64,000 nucleotides of DNA from a bacterium (GCA_963643715.1 CAVILQ010000004.1:10955-74954), one strand, 5' to 3'; numbered from the stretch's first letter, positions 26,179 to 36,028 are shown. The notes: generated by a model from the letters alone, not told the origin. Program-made: numbers and translations.

Positions 26179-28938
26179 ATGAAAAAGAATCTGGTTTCGA
26201 TTTTAGCCCTTGCTGCCTTGGTTTCTCTCGCAGGATGCGGTGAAAAGACGAGCAATGACACAGCAAAGGGATCTGACACTCCGACTACGGATAAGGTTTC
26301 CAATTCCGCAACGGATAGCATTGTTGTCAATAGTGTCTCCATCACAAATAGCGAAGGATCTGCTCTTACTGAAGATGATCTTACTGTCTTAGATGGTACT
26401 TCTGTTACATTAAAGGCTAATGTCTCTGCTAGCAAGACAGGACTAAAAGTCTCTTGGTCTTCTTCTAATTCAGAAGTTGCCAAGGTCACAAACGGCGTTG
26501 TCCGTTTCCTCTCTGTCTCCGCAACAACCGATGTCACTATCACAGCAACGAGTAAGGATGATACGACAAAGAGTGCATCTGTCACATTCCATGTTCAGCA
26601 TTCCATGATCGACTTCTCCTCTTCCAGAGGCACAGATCTCGATACATCGGAGTTCCTCTCTGACGGAAAGATTTCTGTCGGTGTCGGCGATACTGCTTTA
26701 GTCTTTGCCGATGTCTATGATACAAAATGGTATGTTCAGGCTGATATCACCTATACTGCGTTCTCCGAAAGCGACAACTATCCGAAGTTTGGTATCATGA
26801 ACGGAAACAAGGCTGGTATCTGGAATGCTACTACAGAGTCCGATATCTGCTATAACAACTTCTTCTACCTTGATACCACCAATCCGAACAGTTCCTCTTC
26901 CTGGAGCAACTTCAACACCGTTACGACTGATTCTGCTTATACAAACTGGTCCTGGGGAACTCAGTTAGGTGGATTCAATTATAACTACAAGATGGGTGAA
27001 ACCCTTACTCTTGGTCTTTTAAGAGATGGTCAGGACTATTATGAATTCGTCACCAAGCAGAATGAAGATGGTACCGATGGTGAACTCGTCTGCATGAAGC
27101 ATGTTGTCGATACTCTTATTCCTGCCGATGAGAAGACCTATGCCTGGGTCGGTGGTTGGGCAACTGCCGCTGAAGTCTCGAACTTCAAGTCCCTCACTGG
27201 TGACGCTGTCGATGCTATGTACAAGAATCCTTCTGACTTGACAGTCAACGGAGATGGAACAACTCTCTATCTCGGTGAAACATATCAGCTCAACGTCAGT
27301 GCTGACTTCATCAACTTTAATAGCAAGAAATTGACTTATACTTCTTCTGATGATACAGTCGCCGAAGTCTCTTCTACCGGTCTTATCACTGCTAAGAATA
27401 AGGCAGGAAGCGCTGATATCACCATAAGTTATGGTGATTCCATCACGAAGACTATCAAGATCAATGTCACGGACGATCTCAACTTCAAGGTTGATATCGA
27501 TGGTAAGATGGAAGATAGTCTATGGTCTGACACAGTCAAAGCAAACAGCTATCGTCTCAACCTCAATGGAACTGGCGAATACATCGACTTCTATGGTGCG
27601 ATGAATAGCCGTGGTATCTATCTCTTTGCTAAAGCCCATGTGAATAATATGAAGAGTGGTGAGACAAGCAGCAATTGGTGGGAGAATGATAACTTCGAAA
27701 TGAAGTTTATGGACACCACTACTGGAATCATCAAGTCTGCCAATCCGGATAACGATGGTCAGGTTTGGATTTCTGCTAACAAGACTAGTAACTTCGAAGG
27801 GTATTTTGTCTCTGATACCGTTCTCAATGAAGAGACAAACAAATACGATATCATCTATGAAACGTTCACTTCCTTTGATAGATTGAATCAAGATGTTGAC
27901 GCTGGAACATACAATGTCAATACTCCTATCGCTGTCTGCTTTGGTTCGAATCCGGCTTCCGGATGGAAACAAGCTGATGCCTGGCAGGATGCAACGAATT
28001 CTATAAGAGTAACCAAGGATGGTTTCATGCATGCCGATGGCAAATACTGCTCCGATGGCGACCATGAGTATGGTGATTGGGTTGTCACAAAGGCTAACAC
28101 TTGCGGTGAAGACGGATTGAAGACAAAGACCTGCAAGTATTGTGCTCATGAGGAAACAGAAGTCATTGCAAAAGACGAAAGCGCACATGTCTTCGATATT
28201 GAAAATGCAACAGTCAAGACTGCTTCTACTTGCAAGACTAAGGGTACAGGAACTGCAGAATGCACTGTTTGTCACACAAAGAAGGATGTGGAACTTCCTT
28301 TGGATCCTTCTAATCATGAGGAAACTTATGATTCCGACAAAGGTGTCTATGCATGCTGTGGTGAAACCATCAAACTTGGTGAGACGAAGAGCCTTGATGC
28401 TGATGCTTGGAAATTGGGTGTTTCTCGATTAGTCATGGACGGCAACTCTGACTTCGAAGTTGAATATGATATCCATAACGATGAGAATAGTTCGAAAGAT
28501 GGTGCTGCATCCAACTGGGTTGGTGATTTGTCTTCCGGTTCCAAAAAAGAAGATGGAACATATGGTGAATGGGCTAATGGTGGTATGGGTATGACAATCA
28601 CAGCAGACTGGAATGCATGGGGCTTAAACGCAAATGTCCATGAGGCAAATGACACATCTAATATGCCAGGCGATTGGTTCGGTCAGGGATACATGCTTTG
28701 GTTTGGAAACATGGATATGCATTTGAATGTCAAGTTTGTTAATGGCGCATTTGAAATCAATGGTGAGTATACATTCTTAGGTGATGGCGCTGGCCACTCC
28801 ATGAAAGTTCACTACACTTCTACTACCTTCACAACAAAGGATTATATGGTTCTTAACTTTGGATGCCAAAAGTCTAACATTACTTATAAGAGTGTCAAAG
28901 TTGTCTCCGGTACTCTTATCGCTCATACGACAAAGTAA
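26179..28938 (+). CDS. 919-aa surface lipoprotein: two Big_2 Ig-like domains, lectin-like beta-sandwich, CBM9-like domain, Cys/His-rich repeat module, C-terminal beta-sandwich
   Basis: Start MKKNLVSILALAALVSLAGCG (lipobox LAGC) at 26179, with AAAGGA upstream. Big_2 patterns (LDGTSVTLKANV...SSSNSEVAKVTNGVV and LYLGETYQLNV...TSSDDTVAEVSSTGLITAKNKGSADITI). IDGKMEDSLWSD is CBM9-like. No catalytic motif was recognised. Confidence 0.8.
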   Translation: MKKNLVSILALAALVSLAGCGEKTSNDTAKGSDTPTTDKVSNSATDSIVVNSVSITNSEGSALTEDDLTVLDGTSVTLKANVSASKTGLKVSWSSSNSEVAKVTNGVVRFLSVSATTDVTITATSKDDTTKSASVTFHVQHSMIDFSSSRGTDLDTSEFLSDGKISVGVGDTALVFADVYDTKWYVQADITYTAFSESDNYPKFGIMNGNKAGIWNATTESDICYNNFFYLDTTNPNSSSSWSNFNTVTTDSAYTNWSWGTQLGGFNYNYKMGETLTLGLLRDGQDYYEFVTKQNEDGTDGELVCMKHVVDTLIPADEKTYAWVGGWATAAEVSNFKSLTGDAVDAMYKNPSDLTVNGDGTTLYLGETYQLNVSADFINFNSKKLTYTSSDDTVAEVSSTGLITAKNKAGSADITISYGDSITKTIKINVTDDLNFKVDIDGKMEDSLWSDTVKANSYRLNLNGTGEYIDFYGAMNSRGIYLFAKAHVNNMKSGETSSNWWENDNFEMKFMDTTTGIIKSANPDNDGQVWISANKTSNFEGYFVSDTVLNEETNKYDIIYETFTSFDRLNQDVDAGTYNVNTPIAVCFGSNPASGWKQADAWQDATNSIRVTKDGFMHADGKYCSDGDHEYGDWVVTKANTCGEDGLKTKTCKYCAHEETEVIAKDESAHVFDIENATVKTASTCKTKGTGTAECTVCHTKKDVELPLDPSNHEETYDSDKGVYACCGETIKLGETKSLDADAWKLGVSRLVMDGNSDFEVEYDIHNDENSSKDGAASNWVGDLSSGSKKEDGTYGEWANGGMGMTITADWNAWGLNANVHEANDTSNMPGDWFGQGYMLWFGNMDMHLNVKFVNGAFEINGEYTFLGDGAGHSMKVHYTSTTFTTKDYMVLNFGCQKSNITYKSVKVVSGTLIAHTTK

Positions 28939-28962
28939 TCTGATTCGTATCTGATTCTTTAA

Positions 28963-28990
28963 GGCCCTGGCATATTTGCTGGGGCTTTTC
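28963..28990 (+). terminator. Probable intrinsic terminator
   Basis: GGCCCTGGC-atattt-GCTGGGGC (8 bp including 2 G-U pairs), followed by TTTT. Confidence 0.45.
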
Positions 28991-29069
28991 TATGACTAAA
29001 GTAAAATTAAACAATATTGTTATTTTTGTCCAATTGTTTTAAACTTACTATGTTTTAGGAGGTAATCTT

Positions 29070-30053
29070 ATGGCTGGAAAATCTTCGTGTCTGAAAAGCA
29101 TCGCGTATGAGCTGAATCTGTCCATCAATACGGTTTCACGCGCTTTGCGTGATTGTGATGACATCTCTGCCTCTACGAAAGAGAAAGTCAGGCAGAAAGC
29201 CTTTGAAATGGGCTATCTTCCTAATTCGATTTCACAGTTCATCAAAAAGGACGGAAAGAAATTGATTGCTATTGTACTCAACAATTTCAAAAACCTCTAT
29301 TTCCAGATTATCTGCGACAAGCTTGTTTCTCTCTTTGAGACAGAGAACTTTGACTTCACTATTGTCTATTCGATGAACAAAAAACTTTCACTATCTCTGC
29401 TTAAGCAGTGCATCAGTGAAAGAGTCGATGGAATCGTCACTCTTCTAGAACCGGAAGATGACATGATCGATTATGCAAAACTCAATCATATGCCGATTAT
29501 TATGATTGGAAGACATCTCGACAAGGATTATGTCGATGAAGTCTATACCGATGATGAGATGGGTGGAACGCTTGCTGCCAACTATCTAGCCAATTATCAT
29601 CAGATCAACAAGTTCATCTATGTCAAGATGCCCAATGTTGAATGCTCGAAGAGAAGACAGCAGGCCTTTGTCAATACAATATCCAATCTCAGTGATAAGA
29701 ATCAAGTCATGATTATTGAACCAAAGCAGGTCAATCAGTCCATGTTGAAGCTCATCAATGAAGGATATTTAGGTATCTTCTGTTTCTCGGATGAGATAGC
29801 CTATGACCTTCTTTACTCTTTGAACAAAGTTGTTCCGAATGTTCGTATTGTCTATCCGCATCTTCATATCGTAGGATTTGATACGGTGTCTAAGTGCATC
29901 CATGGACTCATCGACCTGACGAGTGTCAGCTTTGACTATGATGCTATCTGCAAAGAGGCAATCCGTCTCTTGAAAGACCGATTCAAGGATATTCAGAGGA
30001 CAAAGCAGTCTACGATGTTCACTGTCTCTCTTCATACAAGAAAGATTCTCTGA
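29070..30053 (+). CDS. LacI-family transcriptional regulator
   Basis: HTH region LKSIAYELNLSINTVSRALRDCDDISASTKEKVRQKAFEMGYLPN plus a periplasmic-binding-protein-like sugar-sensor domain. AGGAGG upstream. Confidence 0.9.
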   Translation: MAGKSSCLKSIAYELNLSINTVSRALRDCDDISASTKEKVRQKAFEMGYLPNSISQFIKKDGKKLIAIVLNNFKNLYFQIICDKLVSLFETENFDFTIVYSMNKKLSLSLLKQCISERVDGIVTLLEPEDDMIDYAKLNHMPIIMIGRHLDKDYVDEVYTDDEMGGTLAANYLANYHQINKFIYVKMPNVECSKRRQQAFVNTISNLSDKNQVMIIEPKQVNQSMLKLINEGYLGIFCFSDEIAYDLLYSLNKVVPNVRIVYPHLHIVGFDTVSKCIHGLIDLTSVSFDYDAICKEAIRLLKDRFKDIQRTKQSTMFTVSLHTRKIL

Positions 30054-30117
30054 TAAAGAAAAAAACGTGCCTGATTTATCGTTCTATTTTTTTAGAACCA
30101 TAGATTGGGCACGCTTT

Positions 30118-31602
30118 TTATTTGTTGTCGTTTGTTTCCTTTTTATCTAAGGCAATCGCTTTATCGACAACTTCCAATTTCTTGATGACAACGAAATAGA
30201 TAACCATTCCACCCATGATAAGGACAGAGACGACCCATGCGGATGGTGTAGAGAAGCAGACTCCGACATAGGAGGCATCACTTGTTGGGTTGGATGGATT
30301 GATGAGTCCAGGAATGAATTCACAGACTAGGATTCTAGCAACTAATTCACCGATGCCGGAAATCAAGGGAATGATTGGCTTTTTGATTCCTTGCAGTACG
30401 CTTCGGCTAAGCTGTAATAGTCCTTGACAGATAAGGAAGGGAGTCAGTACAAAGAGATAAGTGGAGCAATAGTAGATGACTCTTTCATTGATGTCATTCT
30501 TAGTTAAGAAGATATAAGGAACATATTTGGCACAGGATAAACCGATGGTGAGGATGATAGAGTAGGTGATAAAGTCAATCAGGATTGCAGAACGGATGCC
30601 TTGTCGAATACGGTCTTTGTCCCTTGCTCCGTAGTTTTGACCTACGTAGTGTAGTAGTGCACTAGACATAACGGATAAAGGAATCGTGAGATAGTTTTCA
30701 AAACTTCCGTAACAGGTATTTGCCATGGTGGCATAACCTATCTCTTTTTCTGTTCCTGTTGTCGGGTCTATGACGAGTTCTCTTCCGAATCCATTGACGA
30801 CTTTCTGTTGGAAGAAAGAGCCGATGAAGAGAATGGACCATTGGAATCCTAAAGGAAGTCCCATCTTAAGACAATCGATGACGTAGTTCTTCTCGACTTT
30901 GGAAATTCCTTTTTTGAATCTTAGATAAGGGTGATTTTTCATCAGATAGAGGAAGTTGAGGCTAAAGGTAGTACAGTTTGCTAAGAGTGTTGCAATAGCG
31001 ACACCTCTCGTGTCTAATTTGATGACTCCTGTGAACAAGAATCCAAAGAGGATATTGACGCTTGTTCCGGCTAAGGAGACAAGTAATGAGATAGAGGAAT
31101 TCCCAAGAGCGGTGACGAAATTCGACATCAGATTGCTCATCAATGTGATGAGAAAACCGATTAAGATAATCTGGAAGTAGTTAGACGCCTTTTCGATATA
31201 CATCTCAGGGATGTTGAGAAAAGACATCAGTGCCTTATAAGAGCTAAGTCCCACAATCGTGATGACAAGTCCGATGATGATGACTAATGCAAAACAGGTA
31301 TACAGTGTCTTGTTTTGTGCTTCCTCATCTTTTTTTCCTTTCTTGTTTGCCATGATGACAGCAAATCCAGAAGTGCAGCCATAGGCAAAGTTAAAGAGAA
31401 TCGCAGAAATAGAAGAGGTGGAATTGGTCGCAGTGACAGAGATTCCTCCTACTGTTGTCTTTAAAATGAGAGCGTTGATCAGGGAGAAAGCGTTGGAGAG
31501 AAGTGTGCTTAATAAAATCGGAATCGCAAAACGGATAAGCCGAGTGATCGGCTTGCCGTGAGTCAGGTCAACAGGTGAAAATAATTTCTTGATGATATTC
31601 AT
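30118..31602 (-). CDS. MATE-family efflux transporter
   Basis: ~12 TM segments. The N-terminal LTHGKPITRLIRFAIPILLSTLLSNAFSLINALIL is typical of MATE/NorM. The start is 31602 (MNIIKK) or 31632. Confidence 0.85.
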   Translation of the reverse strand: MNIIKKLFSPVDLTHGKPITRLIRFAIPILLSTLLSNAFSLINALILKTTVGGISVTATNSTSSISAILFNFAYGCTSGFAVIMANKKGKKDEEAQNKTLYTCFALVIIIGLVITIVGLSSYKALMSFLNIPEMYIEKASNYFQIILIGFLITLMSNLMSNFVTALGNSSISLLVSLAGTSVNILFGFLFTGVIKLDTRGVAIATLLANCTTFSLNFLYLMKNHPYLRFKKGISKVEKNYVIDCLKMGLPLGFQWSILFIGSFFQQKVVNGFGRELVIDPTTGTEKEIGYATMANTCYGSFENYLTIPLSVMSSALLHYVGQNYGARDKDRIRQGIRSAILIDFITYSIILTIGLSCAKYVPYIFLTKNDINERVIYYCSTYLFVLTPFLICQGLLQLSRSVLQGIKKPIIPLISGIGELVARILVCEFIPGLINPSNPTSDASYVGVCFSTPSAWVVSVLIMGGMVIYFVVIKKLEVVDKAIALDKKETNDNK

Positions 31603-31805
31603 GATTCTATTATCATATAGATTGTAAAGCATTCTACTTCTTTCTCTTTATGAAAATACCATTAATAATAATGGTTCGGTTTGTGGAAAAATCCGAAAAG
31701 CATCGACATATTTCAAAAAATGGAGAGGTGGGGAAAGATAGGGGATGATTGTATTTTGTAAGCGATTTCTTTAGGATAAGTACGACGAGAAAAGAGGTAA
31801 TGAAT

Positions 31806-32969
31806 ATGAAAACCAAAAAAACACTTTTATTGGCAACGTTAGCCATGCTGTCGTTCTCCCTAGTCGCCTGCGGAAATACGACAAGCGAGGATAAGCCATC
31901 CGAAAACAATACAGCCGATACTGGCAAAGCTTCCGAAACAACAAAAACGGATGCTGACAAGAAGACGGAAGAGACGCAAGTCACTTTGACCCTCACTGCC
32001 AACACTCCGACAGTCGATTTGAAGATTGACCAGTCTGCCACTCTTACTAACTACTACACCGTCACAAAATCCAGCGGCACTCCTACTTCCGCTGAAAAGG
32101 CTTGCACCTATGTAGCGGAAGATCCTACTGTCATCAAGATCACCAATAAGGTCATGAAGGCCTTGAAGGTCGGTTCGACTAAGATCATTGTTACCTCCAA
32201 GAAAGATACGACAAAGACCTGTGAATTCACGGTCAATGTCACCGAGGTCTATTTTGATCGTAACTATTCCCAGGTCAGCTCCGAAGATGATTTCAGCAAG
32301 GAACTTCCCGAAGATGGCGGAATTGTCAGAACAAAAGGTTCCACAACTGCTGATCTCTTTGTCAAAGGCGTCGATTCTACCGCATTCATCGCTAACTGCA
32401 CCTTTTCTTTGAACAGCGTCTCTTCCAGTGAGAAATTCCCAAAACTCGGTATTGTCTGCTCCACTGCTGAGAATGCATCCGAAGATACCGCAACCAACAA
32501 TAAGATGTACTTCTTCCTCAATGCGGAAATGCCAAACGGAGAAGCAACTTGGTCTAACTTCGGTATCTGCGAAGTCCAAAATGGTGCTAACTGGGCATGG
32601 AATGCTGGTGTCACCAATGAGACAGCCCGTCATAAAGACAATCTTTATGTTGCTGAGAAACCTGTCACTTATTCCACAGCTGATGATTCCGAAGATTACA
32701 TCAAGGAATTCAAACTCACCATGGTCAGAAAAAATCTTGATTTCCATTTCTTTGTCAACGATAATTATGCAGGATCCTGCAAAACATTGGAATCTCTCTT
32801 CACCAATGGTGATGTGAATCTCTCCTCTATGGTCGGATTCTTCGAATTCAACTCTGACGTCACCTTCTCTCACTACGATGTCGATGTGGATGCCACGAAT
32901 GTCGATACGAAGATTGCTTCCATTACGACTCCTCATTTCCTTGCAGATGATGAGTGGGCCGCTGATTAA
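31806..32969 (+). CDS. 387-aa surface lipoprotein: Big_2 domain plus lectin-like beta-sandwich shared with 26179..28938
   Basis: Start MKTKKTLLLATLAMLSFSLVACG (lipobox LVAC) at 31806, with AAGAGG 7 nt upstream. Big_2 pattern (IDQSATLT...VAEDPTVIKITNKVMKALKVGSTKIIV). The C-terminal ~210 aa align with residues ~145-335 of the 919-aa lipoprotein. Confidence 0.75.
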   Translation: MKTKKTLLLATLAMLSFSLVACGNTTSEDKPSENNTADTGKASETTKTDADKKTEETQVTLTLTANTPTVDLKIDQSATLTNYYTVTKSSGTPTSAEKACTYVAEDPTVIKITNKVMKALKVGSTKIIVTSKKDTTKTCEFTVNVTEVYFDRNYSQVSSEDDFSKELPEDGGIVRTKGSTTADLFVKGVDSTAFIANCTFSLNSVSSSEKFPKLGIVCSTAENASEDTATNNKMYFFLNAEMPNGEATWSNFGICEVQNGANWAWNAGVTNETARHKDNLYVAEKPVTYSTADDSEDYIKEFKLTMVRKNLDFHFFVNDNYAGSCKTLESLFTNGDVNLSSMVGFFEFNSDVTFSHYDVDVDATNVDTKIASITTPHFLADDEWAAD

Positions 32970-32978
32970 ACACTATCA

Positions 32979-34235
32979 ATGAATTCTCAGAAACAACTTG
33001 AAACCAACTTGCAATTAAGGAACGCTTACCCGGTCAAATCGGGTAAGCGTTTTGTTTGCTTCTTTGTTGACTTTGTCATACTCTCTCTTGTCGCATATCT
33101 TTTGTCCTTAGGTTTTTTGCCTCTGTTTCGTAATTCTTCCTCTTACAAGGCAAGTGAGAACACGGTCCAGGAAGAGATCAAATATTACAACCAGTATATC
33201 TCTGAGACTCATATCGTCTCTTTCCTCGATGAGGAGAAGACAACTAGAAAAGATCAGGATGTCTTAGTGTTAGAAAATATCTCAAAGGCTATTTACCTCT
33301 CTTATAAGACCTTTGACGAGACATTAGAGACGCCTCAGTTCAGCGATTATGTCATCAAAGAGGACTCTAAGCTTGCTAAATACGGAGTTGCTTCGCTTAC
33401 AAATGATGATATAAGCTACTTCTATACGGTCTATGTTCCAAAACAGGAATACAAAATCGTCACCTATCAAGGGGATAGTGCTGCTTTATATGTCTATAAC
33501 TTATACAAGAACAGCACCATCTCTTCTTACTTCACCTATTCGGATTACAATTCTCTTCCAGTACTTCAATCTCATATCGCCTATTCTCTCTTTGTCTATC
33601 TGACGGAAGAGAAGAACGATGTGAATCAGTCTGTCTATAATGATGGTGAATCCTATTATTCCTCTTTCCATTCTACTTATAGTTCGTTCCTTACTTCTGC
33701 TGAATCCTTATGCATCAAGGCAGAACCTTATTATTCCACTCATTACCTTGTATATCGGAATGCGTTATCCAACGAGGGAAGACTTCTCAATTATGCACTT
33801 ATCTTGTCTATCGTACTCTCCTACCTTATCTCAATAGTCTTGCCTAAGCTTATCTTCCGCCATGGTCAGACATTCTCCAGAAAGATTTTCTCTCTCTATC
33901 TTGCTGATTCAGAAGGAGAGGACTCAAAATGGTATTACACTCTTCTTACTTCCATCCTAGGTGTCTTTGGTTATTTACCGATTATTGCTTTATTCTATAT
34001 GCTTCCTCCGTTTAATGGCGTATTTGATTCAATGTTCACACCATTCATAGGCAACATGTCCTTAGTCTGGATTGTTGTTCTTCCTCTCTTCGTACTGCTT
34101 ATCAATTATGTTCCGTCTTTATTCTATCCGGAACGGGAAACACTTCTTGAAATGCTTTTCAAAATCAGACTGAAAGATAAGAAAAACCAAGGCGAGTCAA
34201 CCGATGAGGAAATGAATTCCGGAAGGGACTATTAG
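32979..34235 (+). CDS. Polytopic membrane protein with RDD-like N-terminal segment
   Basis: 418 aa. GKRFVCFFVDFVILSLVAYLL resembles the RDD-family first helix. It has a large extracytoplasmic middle region and 3-4 C-terminal TM segments. Function unknown. Confidence 0.45.
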   Translation: MNSQKQLETNLQLRNAYPVKSGKRFVCFFVDFVILSLVAYLLSLGFLPLFRNSSSYKASENTVQEEIKYYNQYISETHIVSFLDEEKTTRKDQDVLVLENISKAIYLSYKTFDETLETPQFSDYVIKEDSKLAKYGVASLTNDDISYFYTVYVPKQEYKIVTYQGDSAALYVYNLYKNSTISSYFTYSDYNSLPVLQSHIAYSLFVYLTEEKNDVNQSVYNDGESYYSSFHSTYSSFLTSAESLCIKAEPYYSTHYLVYRNALSNEGRLLNYALILSIVLSYLISIVLPKLIFRHGQTFSRKIFSLYLADSEGEDSKWYYTLLTSILGVFGYLPIIALFYMLPPFNGVFDSMFTPFIGNMSLVWIVVLPLFVLLINYVPSLFYPERETLLEMLFKIRLKDKKNQGESTDEEMNSGRDY

Positions 34236-34257
34236 CCCGATATTTCGGGCTTTTTTA
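34234..34257 (+). terminator. Intrinsic terminator
   Basis: AGCCCGA-tatt-TCGGGCT followed by TTTTT. Confidence 0.85.
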
Positions 34258-34387
34258 ATGTAAGCTATCAAAATAAGCATTATTATTAATGATATCATTT
34301 TATTGAAAGTGAAAGCCCTTTTATAGATACTATAATCGTATTGGAAAAATACATTGAGTGCGTCTTTCACATAGGAGGATATAAATT

Positions 34388-36028
34388 ATGCTTAAGCACA
34401 AAAACAGTCTAGTACGTTCTGGTTTGCTTTCTCTGTTGATGATTTCTACGCTTGTTTCCTGCGGTGGTTCATCGGATACAGGAAATGAGAATAAGCCCTC
34501 GGATAATAAGTCGAGCGCTGATGTTGTTCCGGATAATTCCCGCAGAATCAAAAACCTTGATCAGCTTGCCGATGACCTTACTCTTGATGAAGAAGGAAAA
34601 GTCACTTTTGAAGATCAGGTTGAACTGAAGGTCTGGTGCATCATCGGTGATCCGGATCAGACTGTCTACAACAGTCTTGTCACCAAATTCAACGAGGAAT
34701 ATTCTGGCCTTATCCATCTCAACATGACCTATATCGGTCACTACGATTTCTATACCAACTTGAATAACACCTTTACGACTGACAAGGATTCTATGCCGGA
34801 TGTCTTAGTCATGCACAATGAGAAGACCGCAGAATATGCTAACCTCGGCTATCTTCTTCCTTTGGATGAAATCGAGAAGAAGACCACGGTCAAGACCGAC
34901 TATTCTAGCGTCTATTCTAACATCGACCGCGTCACGAAGTTCGCTGGTTCAAGATATGCTGTCCCGATGGATGCACATGGTTTTGTCACCTCTATCCGTC
35001 AGGATATCATCAAGAAGAATGAATTAGGCTTTGATAACAATACCCGTTATGTTCCGAATTCCCGCCAGGAATATCAGCAGCTTCTCCAGGACTTAAGAGA
35101 TAAGGCTGATGCCGGTGAACTCTGGATCAGAGATCTCAACAAAGGAAAAGACCATTCCTGGAAAAAGGCCGATAAGAATTCCTTCTATCCGGAATTCTTC
35201 CAGTCTACCGATCCCGATGGACTTTCTGCCCTTTATGCCAATGGTGGAAGCATGTGCTCTTCTGATGGCAACACCATCACCTTCCAGAACAACGAAGGGT
35301 TCAAGACTTACATCCTCGATCAGGTTAAACGTTATAATAACCGCCTCATGTCCGATGCCTCTGGCACCAATACTGAAATGTTCGGTGCTGGAAACACCGT
35401 CTTCTTCCCCGAAGGACCATGGTGGGTTTCTCAGACCTATACATTGCAGTGGAACAACACGGAATTAAAGAAGGCTGGTAGCTTAGGTGTTACAGCAGAA
35501 GATGCAGAAGACCCCATCTACAACACACCATATACCGCATCCCGTCCGACTGGCTGGTGGACACTTGACGAGAACAAGGAGAGTGAAAACGGAAGCAAGT
35601 GGTATGGAAACGGCCATGCCATCTCTCTGACCACCCACGTCACCTCCTCTCAGTCTGCCGCAGCTGCTATGACATTCGTCAACTGGTTCACCCAGGGCAA
35701 GGATGAAGACACTGATACCTATCATCTTGCCACTTGGTGCAACTCCGGACATATCCCTGCCTATAAGAATGTCTATGAGTCTGAAGAATATCAGAACTAT
35801 TGCACGAAGAACCTTACTCTCCGCGCTTTAGGAGATCCGGCTGACATCGTCGCTATGGAAGGCTTACCGTATGAGACTACAGTCTTCAATGCACTTGCAA
35901 ACGCGGTCTCTTTAGTCCAGTCTCAGTTAAAGACCAATAGCGGATGCACTGAAGATCAGGCAGTGGAATTGATCAACAAAGCAGCATCCGATGGTCAGGC
36001 TGCCTTGGATCTCAACATGCTCGGATAA
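34388..36028 (+). CDS. Sugar ABC transporter substrate-binding lipoprotein (family 1, large ~550-aa type)
   Basis: Lipobox LVSC and a Ser/Asn-rich linker. Typical SBP_bac_1 pattern (LKVWCIIGDPDQ...PDVLVMHNE...FFPEGPWW). GGAGG upstream. Confidence 0.85.
   Translation: MLKHKNSLVRSGLLSLLMISTLVSCGGSSDTGNENKPSDNKSSADVVPDNSRRIKNLDQLADDLTLDEEGKVTFEDQVELKVWCIIGDPDQTVYNSLVTKFNEEYSGLIHLNMTYIGHYDFYTNLNNTFTTDKDSMPDVLVMHNEKTAEYANLGYLLPLDEIEKKTTVKTDYSSVYSNIDRVTKFAGSRYAVPMDAHGFVTSIRQDIIKKNELGFDNNTRYVPNSRQEYQQLLQDLRDKADAGELWIRDLNKGKDHSWKKADKNSFYPEFFQSTDPDGLSALYANGGSMCSSDGNTITFQNNEGFKTYILDQVKRYNNRLMSDASGTNTEMFGAGNTVFFPEGPWWVSQTYTLQWNNTELKKAGSLGVTAEDAEDPIYNTPYTASRPTGWWTLDENKESENGSKWYGNGHAISLTTHVTSSQSAAAAMTFVNWFTQGKDEDTDTYHLATWCNSGHIPAYKNVYESEEYQNYCTKNLTLRALGDPADIVAMEGLPYETTVFNALANAVSLVQSQLKTNSGCTEDQAVELINKAASDGQAALDLNMLG

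Noticed and set aside
31860-32936. Very long antisense ORFs without stops. These are 31860..32936 (358 aa, opposite the lipoprotein gene), 59321..60268 (315 aa, opposite nusA), 61701..62603 (300 aa, opposite infB), 27520..28317 (265 aa) and 40718..41218 (166 aa).
   Set aside because: Each lies entirely inside a sense gene with strong family motifs. The translations are low-complexity (rich in Ile, Asp, Arg, Ser and Cys) with no recognisable motifs, and I saw no SD at their starts. Such shadow ORFs are expected opposite genes with few stop-complementary codons (TTA/CTA/TCA) in the matching register.
34303-34330. cre-like CcpA site (TGAAAGCCCTTTTA) in the promoter of the sugar-binding-protein gene.
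   Set aside because: It lacks the central CG and the dyad symmetry of the cre consensus (WTGNAANCGNWNNCW). The match is limited to the TGAAAG half.
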